From assembly GCA_051294905.1 (NCBI GenBank), contig CM119371.1:8682001-8746000 (forward strand): DNA of 64,000 bases. The letters are read 5' to 3'. The notes under the pieces were generated by a model. The model saw only the letters and a program-made list of their open reading frames with translations. It was not told where the DNA came from and did no database searches. Source of the DNA: Botryllus schlosseri. Its lineage: Eukaryota. This document shows, piece by piece, positions 51,422 through 64,000 of this stretch (position 1 is the first letter of the stretch; the number at the start of each line of letters is the position of its first letter). A program made the translations under genes and the position numbers.

Positions 51422-52507
51422 ATCTATAGCATGAGACATGGATACGCATCATTTTTGACAATTTCCAAGTTCTGGACAACCGTAGCAAACATCTACATAT
51501 CCGTGAGAATATAAACGCATAAACTATATTCGTTCGATTTAAATCATACAAGAGGGATTTTAAAGGCGATCGCTGTGCAATGTAAGCACAGAATCGTATA
51601 ATAAAAAGAGATACGTTGCTGTTAGATTAATCTACTACGAAGACGGCAACGTAGATGTGAGCATTTCGTTTGCCGTCAAATTATTTATAACAAGGAGGGT
51701 CAGTGAAACGTACAATCAGTGAATGAGTGATTGCTCTCACAAGTGACACTGGCGTATCGCGAACAATCCGTTCATATTGAAGATACAGTGATTTAATCGA
51801 GAGTATTTACTTGATGATTTGAAATTGATCCATAAATTTTCCTTCAAGTCTTGAGTCAATTCACATTTCTGCAGCGCCGAGTTAAGTCAAGCCGAGTGAT
51901 TTTTGTAAAGTGACTCGAGTCAAGTTAAGTCATACGAAAAATGTGACTTGAGTCTGACTGGGGTCAAGTCATGACTCTAGTCATCCCAACACTGCAGTCT
52001 ACCCACATCGATACCTGCATTTGCGAAATATCTGTTATGCGGTAGGCTGGATGCCATATCAGGGCACACCGTTACACACTCGACTCTGATAACGAAATTA
52101 CCATCACGCTAATCATTGAGACGCTATCAAGAAATTCGATGCAGTGCTAGGAGTCATACAAAAACACCGTAAAATTCAACAAAGAGAAATATCGACTTTT
52201 CTGTTAATTACTTCTGAAGAAGGATCGAAAATACCAACCACTCCAAGTAATTCGCACGTAAAGTCTCAGTATCCACACCAGCATTGAATAGACACCGGTA
52301 CGATACTGTGATTTCTGGAATACTTTGGTTCTTAACCGGCGTTCAATGGTACACCAGGGGATTGGTGAAACATTCCCAGGGGCTCCCTTCAAGTCAAAAA
52401 AACAAGCTCCCCTCCTACATCTGATTGGCAATGACACGTCATCATTGGATGCAGTCATAGGCGCTATCAGCAGTCGTCTTTTCAATGCCGTGATGGCATG
52501 TCGAGAC

Positions 52508-53022
52508 TAGGGCTGGGCACAATGATTCGAGTACTCGAATCTGAATCGAGTATTAATTTTAATGATTCGAGTCGAGTCGTAAATGACGATTTTTTCGAGT
52601 ACTGAAATTGTACGCTCCTCACAACTGAAAGTTAATGAACTAACGAGAATTATAGTTTTGATAATCTTTGCCACTGAGGAAGCATTGAAACCTTGATTGG
52701 CCGTGTCGTAGCATGATAGACATAGCACAAAGCTACGAACGTTACTGGAAATAACACATTTCCGAAGTCATGATCGTTCCACAATATTGCCAAGAAATGC
52801 AATGAAGTCAGAATGGTCGAGAACATACCTAAGTATCATGTATGTGACGGGTAACAGGCATTATGTTCTTCGTGGTGGCATAAAAGGTACATATTTAAAC
52901 TTTGACATAGTACATTCTGTTGTGACGTCATAATGAGTGATACTCGAATACTCGACTCGACTCGAAGCATTTTACGTGATTCAGAATCGAATCACTTAGG
53001 TACTCGATTTTGCCCAGCCCTA
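52508..53022 (+). mobile_element. TAGGGCTGGGC-family MITE
   Basis: Perfect TIR and TSD gtcgagac; the paralogous site at ~24730 is empty. Confidence 0.9.
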
Positions 53023-53110
53023 GTCGAGACCAGTGCTGCAAACCGGGAGTCTTGGTTCAAAATCGAAATGCTCTATACATTTTAACTGTCGATTCTATCT
53101 ATACACTTAT

Positions 53111-53448
53111 CATGGTTGTATTGTTTCGAGTCGCGATTTCTAAACGACTCGACTTGACTCGTGTCATTTTTTCAACTGCGTAAAATGACTCGAACCATGT
53201 CATGACTCGAGACTAGGACGGCCACGATAGTAGAATAATGAAGTCCCTCCTTATTGGTACCGAGGAAAATTACAATATCAGAAATGCGAACCATTCTATA
53301 TCACTGAGTAGAGTTGAGAAGTGGTTGAACCAGATTGAACTCAAACCTGAACAATGAACACAATGACTCGGTAGGAAATTGGAAATGAATCGACTCCAGC
53401 CAAAAGTATAAAGTAAGATTGAGTTGCGACGACTCGGTTACAACCCTG
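53111..53448 (-). mobile_element. GACTCGAGTC-family MITE positionally shared with 24814-25142
   Basis: Same flanks in both paralog units. Confidence 0.7.
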
Positions 53449-53744
53449 ATATTTATTCACTAAACTTTCCTCCAATTTCTATGGCAATCATATTGTATAA
53501 TTTTGATCTATCAAAGCATTGTTGATGCGAATTTCAATTTGCGCACGAGCGTTCTTCCGCAATGAATTAGATACGCGATGTAGTATATTCGAGTCGCATC
53601 CAGAAATTTGGGGTTCTGCAAAGGCATATAGATTAGCGTAGGGTGCATCACAAAATGAAGACAACCGTCAATGTAAGAAACCCAAACACGTCACCGTCCG
53701 ACCCTTGAGATAACAAAACTAGACGAATACACAACTGCACCTTC

Positions 53745-53750
53745 TTTATT
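53745..53750 (-). terminator. Polyadenylation signal (AATAAA) of paralog 4
   Basis: Same conserved context as 25608 and 37075. Confidence 0.6.
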
Positions 53751-54329
53751 GGGAATACAAGCAACAAAAACTGATTCGACAGACAACAAAATTCAGATTC
53801 AGATAGTGGTCGGCAATGTTTGATTAGCTAAAAGTACATCCGCGAGAGCAGAGCGTTTGCATTACAACTTGAAGATTGGTGTTCTAAGAAATATTCCGAT
53901 ATTGATCGACAACACTCTTGTGTCAAAATTCTCGCTCAAATAATAATCATTTACGATAATAGTTGAGATCCCATACAAATATTGAATCATGTTTGAAATA
54001 ATCCACAGAAAGAAATCGGGGTTGATCGACGCCAATATTTCAGGCTCATCAAAAATGACGCTCTAAAACAATGTATCAGCACAATACAATCATTTACAAT
54101 GATAATTATTGATATCACGTACAAATATTACACTGAAAGAAATAGGGGTTTATCGAAGCCTTTATTTCAGGCTGATAAAAAATGACATTCAAAAACATTG
54201 GCGAACAATAATCACAAATATTCATTAACAATGGTCAAGTTCACATACCACGCTTTGAAGAGTTCAGGTGCAGCGTACAACACAGATAGCGCAGTATGTC
54301 CAGGCGCTCCATTTACGTCAGCCACTTCC

Positions 54330-57300
54330 TTAGGGCTGGTGTTGATCTGATCCTACCCCCGATCTTAGTTGGGCAGGCTCGTCGATTCCAAAACTGACCA
54401 ATGCAAGCCAAATGATCAATCCGAGCACGAAAACGGCTGCGACTCCCAACACCACCGCAATGCACCCAATCCTCATAGGCGATTCGCAGAGTATGGTGCA
54501 GCATTCATCAATACAATTCTCGTCAGATCCATCATCGCTCCTCAAGTCGGGGTCAGTTTCTTTCCTATTACGGTTCTCTTCTGGCAAATAGACATCTGAA
54601 ATAATAACCTGAATGTTGGAAAACAGCGAGTCACCAGTCACACCAAACGGACACGCATGTTCGACCCGATTATTCGTACCTACATCTGTGGAGCCGAAGT
54701 ATACACCTGTTTTATGACTACAATCGTATAGCACACGACACTGCGCGTCCTAGTGCCGGTAACAAAGGTTCATGAACATTATTCTCACGCCCTATCACCC
54801 TGTACACAAGTCCCCGAATAAAAACGTAACACAGTACATGTGAGTATTGACTCTGATCCCCGAAACTCGGCAGGCAGCTACCAGTTTGATACACCCTGGA
54901 TCAGAGTGTCATATTACCCAATATTGCGGTTTCGAAAGCGTGTCAGTCTTCTTCACACAAACGATATCAATTCAGCATTAAAACATCCCAAACATATTTT
55001 GACCAACTTGAAGTGACCGTTTGACACCAGACTGATACTGTGATCAGCGACATGGACAAGATAGGAACAGTAGTATCACAACTTTCCTCATGTCAGCCGA
55101 AAATTCATTGAAGCTGAAGTAACAAACTGGCCTCGTATAATCAGCCGAAAATTAATTGAACGCGATATGTACTTCCATTATCACCGCTCCAGTCGGACAT
55201 TCAGTAAAGCACACTACGGCGACGAAATTAATTTTATAAATACCCTTTACCATTGCGGCGACTAGTCGATGCCACAGCGCACACATCCTGTGAGCTTCCC
55301 GCTTCGTCTTTGATTGTCTTCAATCTAGTCTTGGATTTCACCGCGTCCTCTAGAATTCCCGAATCATCGGTCTCCTCGTTGGGTCCAGACTCTCCGGCTT
55401 TAATGATAGAAAAACCAATGGATTAACCACTGCTTCTTGAACGTTGAAAACGTCGTATCCCTGCAACCAGACAAGCGGGAAGCTATGTACTCTTACCTTG
55501 GGGAATTCAACCCAAGACTCGGGAGGTTTAATCAGACGGAAATCAAGCGAAAAAATATCCGGCACACTTAGTGTAAATAGTGTATTCACATAGGAAAAAG
55601 AATACACAATTTTGGAATCTACCTCACAATTATTACTTTATTATACGCGGCGTATTTATTATCGATTGTGATGAAGTCAAAATCAACGACGTCGCGATGA
55701 AATTGTCGACAATTTAACGGCTTTCTGACACACTTCACCCTCTCGATACGTGCATGTGCATAATCGCACATTGGATAGGCCTATCTTAAAATCGACTACC
55801 ACGATATGACAATCCACCTATCTACAGCAAAAATTCGTAATGAAAACGAAGAGCGGCCAACAACTTCCTTGAACCGTTTGCCAGATGTAGCGCAGTGATT
55901 CTCAAGCTTTGACCTCGCGGCACCCGTTGGAAAAGAAAAATAGTTTGCGGCACACCATCACATTGGTTCTTGGTTCTGAACTTTTTTGGTTTACGGCAGA
56001 CTGCGGAGTACATGTTTATTACTCGCCAGTATACAACACACTGATTGCAGGCTGAAGCCTTTAGAAAACAAACGGAAATAATATTACAACACTCTTCACT
56101 GCGATCAATCAACGTATTGTTCAAAACTGAACTCAGCCTTCTAGGCACGCGATATTACCGGTATAGAGTGAATTCAAGGGGTTGTTTGGGGCTGGGCACA
56201 ATGATTCGAGTACTCGAATATGAATAGAGTGGTAATTTTATTGATTCGAGTCGGATAGTAAAAGGCGATTTTTTTCGAGCACTGAAATGACACGCTCCTC
56301 GCAACTGTAAGTTAATTTACTATCGAGAAGTATGGGTTTGACAGTATTTTCTACTAACGAAGCCTTGAAACCATGATTGTCCGTGTCGCAGCATACGAGA
56401 CATAGTACAAAGCTACCAACGTTACTGGAAATATCACATTACCGAAGTCGTGATCTTCCGACAACATTCCAGTGTTGGGATGACTCGAGCAATGACTTGA
56501 CTCGAGTTACCTTTTTCGCTTTTTCGTGCGACTTGACTCGCTCGTATTAGAAATGTGGATTGACTCGGTGACTCTGAGCAAAATTCACGAGGTAATTTCA
56601 AGTCATCAGTGTCGTTAAAATTCACTTTAACTTGCATATGTTCGGATTGTTCGCGAAACACTGATGGAACACCCGAGAGCGACCAATAATTCATTGATCG
56701 TACGTTTTACTGATCCTCCATTGTTCTCTTACGCTATCGCTAACTAGTATAGTAAAGTAATTTATTACAAAATGTCTATTTCTGTTCTATGTTATTACCT
56801 TAAACAAAACCTCGTTCTAGTGAAATTGAATTCGAATATAATCGATCCTCAACCATTGGCGCAGGCTCAAATTGTATCATATCAATTTGCAAATGGGAAA
56901 TTTACGCGTATTGTATCTTATCAATTCCTTTCTCTATTCTCTATTTGGCCGTTAGCTATAAACTGAGACTATGCAATTACTTACGTAGTCCTATACGTAT
57001 ATGTGTGCGATACAGCGCCATCTTCCGTGTATATTCAACTCAAAATCAATGGTCACTCAAAATCTGTATTTCAGACAGCTAGCAAAATGCAATGACATAA
57101 TCATACCACATACTTCGAAAAGGCGACTTGACTTGAATTGTGACTTGACTTTGACTCGAGTCACCCCAAAAAATCAAGCGACTTGACTTGACTCGAGTCA
57201 ACGTCGACAATCGATTGACTTGGCTTGACTCGAGTCAAAATGTGCAATGACTCGACACTGAAAGGTAGTGAGTTGAATCCAATACTGCAACATTGTCGAG

Positions 57301-58561
57301 AACTTCAATAAAATCGGTATGGCCGAAAAAATACCAAAGCATCTTCAATGTGATGCATAGCGCATCCAGTGTATTTTTTGTTGTGGCATAAAAGGTCCGC
57401 ATTTGAACTTTGACATAATACTCGACTCGGAAACACGCGATTCAGAATCGAATCACGCAGGTACTCGATTTTATCCAGCCCTAGCTTTTGATTGCGGCCA
57501 TAGCATCAATTTTGATTTATCAAATGTACATACTTCACGTAAGTGGTACTCGATATTATCCAGCCCTAGCTTTTGATTGCGGCCATAGAATCAATTTTGA
57601 TTTATCAAATGTACATACTTCACATAAAGCTCGATTTAGATTGACAGTTTGCTATAGATTAGAATTGTTTTGCGCCTAATTTCAAAATTCAGAAAAGTTC
57701 CCTCGCGGTATACTTGCGAGACGTAAATGGCACACTAATGTGCCGCGGCACAGCGGTTGAGAACAACTGATCTAGCGTCACGGGGTGACGGTTACAATGA
57801 TTGACGTTGCAATTGTAGATCGAGATGATGTGGAACGTAACGACCACTCCCACCACTAGCATGCACTCGCAATTTCGCCGAAGAAGGAAAACACATTGGA
57901 AATACCATCTTTCTGATTCTTCTCAAGCAGATCTCCATAAAAGACGTTCAAATCCTGTGGTCCAGAGTTGTTGTCCTTCGCAGATCCCACAGGCAGGCGT
58001 ACGGCTTTCTCATCGGTTTGGTTACGGGTCGATTCATCCAAAAGCATCTCTATAAGAAAGGATTTTGAGCCATTCCAATTGCAACTTAGCGGATGGCATG
58101 GCATATCGACGCCTCGGATTAAATGTATGCATGAAATTTGAAAAGCGCTTCAAATGAAATTGCTAGTCGAAAGAGAGAGGCATTACATATACATATCTTT
58201 TTAATAATTGCGAAAATGACATCTTGCAACTATACCAGAACACCGGCAGGTAACATTATACATATCACCGTGCACGGTCGAATGGATAGAGTGAAAGAAC
58301 TGCTCAAGGTAGTCAAACTCTATTGGAGTCCAGCGGGTTATCCACAGTTCAGGACATCATACTTTCGACTTTGCATGCAGACAACAAGTTATTCTACCGA
58401 ACAAGATCAACAAGTATAACTTTAAACCCAGACTGGAAATCTATACTGAATGTCTCACCATCATCGATATCTTGATCATTGAAGGATCCGTCACCGGGGC
58501 CTTGGCCAAGATTACCACGGTAAAGCTTGCCGGCAGATTGCTTCATGGAGCTGATTGACAT
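54330..58561 (-). CDS. Paralog 4 of the ITIM-like type-II membrane protein family, 4 coding exons, 219 aa
   Basis: A 58561-58459 (MSISSMKQSAGKLYRGNLGQGPGDGSFNDQDIDD). B 58049-57906 (...DLNVFYGDLLEKNQKD). C 55397-55251 (aag acceptor; AGESGPNEETDDSGILEDAVKSKTRLKTIKDEAGSSQDVCAVASTSRRN). D 54595-54330 (DVYLPEEN...NCIDECCTILCESPMRIGCIAVVLGVAAVFVLGLIIWLALVSFG...HQP*). All phase 1, open throughout. Confidence 0.8.
55893..57769. mobile_element. Charlie-type hAT MITE in intron B-C of paralog 4, containing two further nested MITEs
   Basis: CAGTGATTCTCAA/TTGAGAACAACTG, TSD atgtagcg/atctagcg. Nested TAGGGCTGGGC MITE ~56187-57483, itself containing a CAGTGTTGG element 56470-57287 (TSD caacattc/caacattg). 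Confidence 0.85.
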
Positions 58562-59977
58562 TCTTCTTGCTCCGAACGGTCGTCCGCTTCGATCCCTTCA
58601 CCTACAAATACACACAACGATAACACAGATTCCGAACGGCGATAGCCGGGTCAGCACAAACCTGCTAAGGAAAGTTGTTAGTAAAATGCAAAGATCGACG
58701 GAAGCTAATATATAGTCAGCCAGACGAAATTGGTTGAGGATTACGTGACGATCAATTAGACGCTGATTACTGCATGAGACAGTCTGTGTTTTGCGACGGC
58801 AATGATTCAATTAGACTCAACATTGTCCTTTCTTAACCAAAGTATCGCTTACCAATGCCCATACATTGGTGGCCAACTGATATTTACGATACAACGACGT
58901 GATAACTGAATTCCGAATGGAATATCAATTGTAATTTTTTCGTTTCAATTCGGCAGTTAGGTGAAATAACATTTTTTCAAAGCGTTACGCTGTATCGAAT
59001 AATTATTATGGTTAGAGGAGATATGACTTTTAATTGTAAAGTTACTGTAGATTTCACACATGGACCCAACAAATTCGAGTTTAAATCCACTTAAGTCACC
59101 GTTCTATGTACGGGTGCGGAGAGGCGCAACGATGCATCGACACCATCCCGTGCCAATTGATCCACGGCCGTTCTGGGGGGTACCACACATTTGTCGCAAA
59201 TTCCCATACCGTGTCAACACAGAGTTTTACCTCTTTTCGTACAATTTTATTGATCAGCAAAAGCCGTTAACTACTTCGGAAATGGCATGAAAAAATATCC
59301 TTACCCGGGGTTGATGGCTGGCGCAGAAGGAGTCAGTTTATGATTAAGTTCGTCTTACCAAGAACCGATCCAAGTCCCAATAAATGTAGTGTACGTCAGG
59401 GATGGTGCGAACCCCTAATAGGTTCTTGTTCGTCTGAGCACAAACTTTTATAGAAGCTCCGCTGTATACACGTACATCAACACGAACACCTAACCATTTT
59501 GCCTTCACAGTAATATTTCACAGACAAATCTCGTAATCGCAAAATCACAAATCACAAATAGATAATTAATCACAACACATGGGGTATGAAACTGGGGCCC
59601 GTGAAAGGGCCATGTCGAAATACAACACCAAGAAATAACAAAATCAGGTTATCCACTTTGGTTAACTTTTTATAGTTATTACCAAGCTTATTATAGGTAG
59701 GCCTATAGTATATCCTAAATTGAGTGGAACATGATGTGATGACCCTTTTTTACGAATCGGGTAGCTTTCTAAACATTACATAGCCGATTCACCTCAAATT
59801 AAAACACGTCTCTGAATTTTGAACGCTGAGTAATTAATATAGGTCAGCACTTTTGCCCGCACCTACCCATGACGTATTTGGAATGTCGAATACTAAAGAA
59901 AAACACCCCAACGACCCAACAAAAATGGCAAATAACCCCCGAATTGAAAATCACTGATCCAGGTCACGGTAAATGAT

Positions 59978-60020
59978 TCTCGTTTCGGGTGAGAGGTACC
60001 GGTTTCTGATCATGGAATAT
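59978..60020 (+). pseudogene. Degenerate tRNA-Pro(CGG) fragment
   Basis: ATGATTCTCGTTTCGGGTGAGAGGTACCGGTTTC resembles metazoan tRNA-Pro ATGATTCTCGCTTCGGGTGCGAGAGGTCCCGGGTTC. Coordinates approximate. Confidence 0.5.
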
Positions 60021-60159
60021 CGCTAACCTTGAATAACGTGGCAATTTCCGCAACCGTCTTTCAAACATCATTGGTATCTTAATTCGTTTAATCATATTTG
60101 TTACTGACTAGAATTTATGTCACTGTCAGCGAGTACCGTGTCGCCTCGTTGGTCTAGGG

Positions 60160-61454
60160 CAGTGGTTCTTAAACGGTGGGGAATTCAATGGTTTCTGGTG
60201 GGGAATAGACGCATTTGTTCAAACTTATATAGAGGACAGTCTACAAATTCACGGAGACACATGCGTAATTACCGTTACCAGTTAACTGCTCTGGAATGAA
60301 TGTATCACAAATTATATGGCGTGTTGTTCACAAAACCTCATCGGGTGGTCAATCATGGCGTCACAAACGCATCCAGCACGACTAGTTTGACGTGAAATAA
60401 CGCTTTCGCGAATTTTGAGCGTTACTGGTATCGGCTCACAATAGGTTTTATGTTGCAGTTATAGGCGATTGTCTTGCGTACTGGTGCTTCTGTGTGTCTT
60501 GTGTAGTCAAACCAGCAAATAGCTGCTCTGTGATGACAAAAGTGCTGGGTAGGGGGGAACAGGACCGTAACTGCCGCACCCAAACCCCCGTAGTATATCT
60601 GAATATTGGATACCCTTCCCCCACGAAAATACGTAGAACTTATAGAAATGGTGACTTCGGCGTCGGCCATTACTGCGCCACGACGCACCAAGGCATATGA
60701 AGTTATATGCCATGTAACATGCAACTCCGAGAAGTGTGCCAGAACGATCAGCAGCGAGAAGACTTTGGCCGAGAAGGAATGCCCTTGTGGTGACCCAAAA
60801 CTTCGATGTATATACAATATACATATGTGTTTATTTGGCTAAATGGCTGGCGCCGAATGTTCCTGTCCTGGCGATCTGAACCCCACAGGACAAATGCCAT
60901 CCCGCAGGGCAAAATTATTTGCCAGTAAAGCAATACCAATTTGAAATCGTGTGTGCCTTTTAGTTTTGGCGATTTCCATATCTTTTGACATATCAGATAG
61001 GACGTCACGAAATATAAGCATAATGTAACGAAGTCAATATACCTACGGGTCCGCCCGAAGATGTTCAATTCTTATTTAGGGGTCCTACCTTTTCCTACAC
61101 ACCTCTCAGCTGTACCGGCAAATCTGATTACGTGAGCAGAGAGGGACTAAAAAATTGAAAGAAAAATACATGCAATCCCCGATCATATTGGCCGATTCAA
61201 ACACGAATTATATAAATTTTTCGCGCTTCGCGCGTTTAGTCGAAATAAAGCGACGCACTAAACAGTAGACCCAATGTAACTGATAAGTTGCAGGGAACAA
61301 GCGTACAGGCTCAGCAGGGCTGAGGAGCTTCTGGGGGCCCAAGACCAACGTTTTTGGGCGAGGCTGACAAAGTGCTGTTACGGTCCTGGTGGGAAATGAA
61401 GGCTCGGAATAAATCTGATGTGGGGAATGAAGACAAAAAGGTTAGGAACCACTG
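60160..61454. mobile_element. Charlie/Buster hAT element inserted in the tRNA-Pro A box; contains a CAGGACCGTAAC MITE (60560-61388)
   Basis: CAGTGGTTCTTAA/TTAGGAACCACTG, perfect TSD gtctaggg. Confidence 0.9.
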
Positions 61455-61679
61455 GTCTAGGGCCTAGTGTAGCAAACTACGGCCCGCGAAAGCCTCAAAG
61501 AAAAAAAGCATACTGATAAAAGGCGCACTAAAAATCAAATTATGCGGGTACTTCATTAAACTTTTTTAAAAATATCTTTCTACATGATAATGGTTGATGG
61601 TTGATTATATTCTTATCATAGTATTCTTTTAATTCATTGATGACGCGACAGCCCGTCGCCGAGGCCCATGTATTTTTAA

Positions 61680-63049
61680 CCCTTGTGAAGGGGGGGAGGG
61701 GGCATGTTTTGCAGAATTGACCATCACTTTTCAAATTCATACCGTGACCTCACCGTGACTTGAATATGGTCTGTTGCAGTTTAAAAGTAGGCGGAGTATA
61801 GCCCTTAACCGTTTTCGCCATCGATCGACACCCAATGACATGTCTAAGTTTTTTTTATAAGACTGAATAAACATAATTTTTCTCTAAAAAATCCGTCTCC
61901 CTCTTTCTCATTTTCCAAGGCTCCCAATGATGGCGTCAGAGAGTCAAAAATGATGCTTCAGTGCGTAGCCACCGTTGCCAGGTTTCGAACAAGCCGTCAA
62001 CCATCATCATCATCATCATTGGTTTATTAGCAATTTTATCAGTTCAATACACCACAAAAAATGCGATACAATGAAAAGACAGGAAGATGTCGAAGCGACA
62101 AGGAGTAGTCTATGGAATCGGACACCCACCTTGGCCTAGGCGATGTAAAGAGGAGGCATGCACACTGAATGAAAGTAAAGAAGATAGTATAGAAAAAGAA
62201 AGCGACAAGAAATAGGGCGGCATGTCATGGGAAGCGAGATCGATAGGTCAGTCGTGGTCCGGTAATCTTGAGGATGGACTGTATTTATTTAGTAGCAATT
62301 GCTTGTATTTCGACTTGAATGTGGACATGCTCGTCGACTGTTGGATGGCCGGCGGGATACTGTTCCACACATCACGTCCGGCATATTTGATAGAGCGATG
62401 ATCTTTTCGGTCGATCATATGATATTTGGACGACGTGGACGCGCATGGCCGTAAACCTCGCGGCTCTCCCGATATCGAAAAATCAAAAATACATGAAAAA
62501 ATCACATATTGGCGTGGTCAGTGAGTGGTCATAATGGTCAGTTTCAGATAAATACCGAATCGGACCACTACCGTCCAGTTTATTACATGAAACAACGAGT
62601 AATACTTTCTCTTGTCATATCCAACCATTTTCAGGCATTGTAAACCAGTTTATGACTCATATTTCGGCATAAACTTGTACTTGAACTTGACCATGTTCTT
62701 GAAAATCATCGAAGCGTGACCAAAATTAACAAACCCCCTCAGAAACCTCCCCAAAACATGGTTTGATGTTTGAAACGATGAAAACTTGCACGGAGTACCG
62801 TACAAGTTGAGTGATGATGTTCTTTCAGAATTTTCGACAAAATTTCCCACTCGGAATATATCTGGAAATTTCAGGTGATAACCAGTTTTTTCGGGTTTTC
62901 GTATTTTTTTTCTTTGCGAACTAAAATTTTTGAGTAAGGTATCAAATGAATCGGAAAAATCAATTACTCGATGCCTGCGGCGTGTCAACACGGAGAAATC
63001 GGTCACAGAGACATGTCATATCAGATATGATACACCCCCTTCAAAAGGG
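61680..63049. mobile_element. piggyBac-type non-autonomous element
   Basis: TTAA|CCCTTGTGAAGGGGG...CCCCCTTCAAAAGGG|TTAA. Confidence 0.85.
62002..62450 (-). mobile_element. CR1/L2-clade LINE 3' fragment nested in the piggyBac element
   Basis: ORF2 C-terminal-type peptide RSIKYAGRDVWNSIPPAIQQSTSMSTFKSKYKQLL, 3' UTR and (CAT)n microsatellite tail. Confidence 0.8.
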
Positions 63050-64000
63050 TTAAAGCTTTCAATAGCTAAACATCACATAAAGTGAAACGTAATTGACCTA
63101 ATTCGGATTTTGGATTGGCAATACGAGCAAGTTTATTGCTGCAGTTGGAAAAACAGATTCGCGAGTGTGTTAGATAGATTCGTTCTTTGTATGTGTAGAA
63201 GTATCTATATTTATAATATTTACATATTTAAAGATAAAATGGTTATAATGCTGTCAGCAGTGTGTGTCCTGGAGTTAAACCAAAAGTACAATCAGCAAAT
63301 CTAGGAAAAGATTGCAGCTCACATAGTCAAATTTACATCCAGTTCTAAGAATATGGACAACCGACTTTCGCCCCTAATTTTGACAATGAGAACGATCAGC
63401 TTATAAACTCTGGTCAATGTTTTTGACGCGTGTACGTCATCATTGAATCAATATTTGGTTTGTCTCAAATTTACAAATACCTACACATTATTTCCCCGTT
63501 GTCGGATACTATATAATCAAATACCAATATTGAATTTTGGCTTAGTATCCCAATTTTATATACTATGGCCCGCGCATGAAATCAAATGTTGCATGCGGCC
63601 CGCGAGCCTAAAAGTTTGCCCACCCCTGGTCTAAGGGTATGGTTCCCGCTTCGGGTGCGAGAGGTCTCTTTTGAAAAAGACACTGGTCAAACTGACTGCA
63701 TGGTTTAGATATGTGGTTCCCAACTTTTTTCGATTAATTTCTCCCTTATCAATCTCGACATAAATTTTCTCCCCTCCCCATATTTGCGATTACGGAAAAG
63801 GAGGCATATAATCGGGAAAATTATTTACCTAGGAGGCGAATTTACTGACAAAGGCAATTTTTCCGAGATGGTAGGTGCTCGGAAAACCGGTTGCCGCGTC
63901 TACTTTCCAATGAGTTGACCTTTTTTCGCGTCGTATTCAGAATAAGCCGTCTTCACTTGCATGTTTTGACCGTCTTAATCAAATATATCTCAACGGACGT

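Larger units (their letters stand above)
61463..63628. mobile_element. Second hAT element (GGGCAAAC/GCGGCCCGCG family) at the same tRNA target site
   Basis: Left ..TAGCAAACTACGGCCCGCG, right GCGGCCCGCG...GTTTGCCCACCCCTG, TSD gtctaggg/gtctaagg. Confidence 0.75.
60143..63668 (+). pseudogene. tRNA-Pro(CGG) pseudogene split by two tandem hAT insertions; 3' end (B box) missing
   Basis: 60143-60159 GCCTCGTTGGTCTAGGG plus 63637-63668 GTATGGTTCCCGCTTCGGGTGCGAGAGGTCTC reconstitutes the 5' two-thirds of canonical tRNA-Pro. Confidence 0.8.

Noticed and set aside
10315..58561. Assigning the family to a named gene (NKG2/Ly49, fester co-receptor, CYSTM, LAT/PAG)
   Set aside because: No lectin or Ig domain and no recognisable sequence identity; only motif-level analogy, so no symbol is given.

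Overview
Eukaryotic, probably invertebrate-animal DNA (GT-AG introns, metazoan-type tRNA-Pro relic, no obvious CpG depletion). The window is densely packed with nested DNA transposons: a dead THAP/P-element, many hAT MITEs with 8-bp TSDs, two EnSpm/CACTA-like elements, a piggyBac MITE and CR1/L2 3' ends. Among them is a tandem array of four minus-strand paralogous multi-exon genes (about 10.3-12.9, 26.1-31.7, 37.7-49.5 and 54.3-58.6 kb) that the ORF track shows only as fragments. Every intron is phase 1 and each spliced ORF is intact (about 220-350 aa). The predicted products have a long, acidic, probably disordered N-terminal region with an invariant ITIM-consensus motif (V-x-Y-G-D-L), a DSG-phi-L-D/E motif and a juxtamembrane Cys cluster (both in paralogs 2-4), one TM helix and only a ~20-30 aa C-terminal stub. 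They look like a family of type-II, ectodomain-less ITIM membrane adaptors that I do not recognise. One paralog is a gene fusion carrying two ITIM exons. A tRNA-Pro gene split by two hAT insertions at the same 8-bp site lies at 60.1-63.7 kb. All gene models were assembled by eye; no database searches were run.
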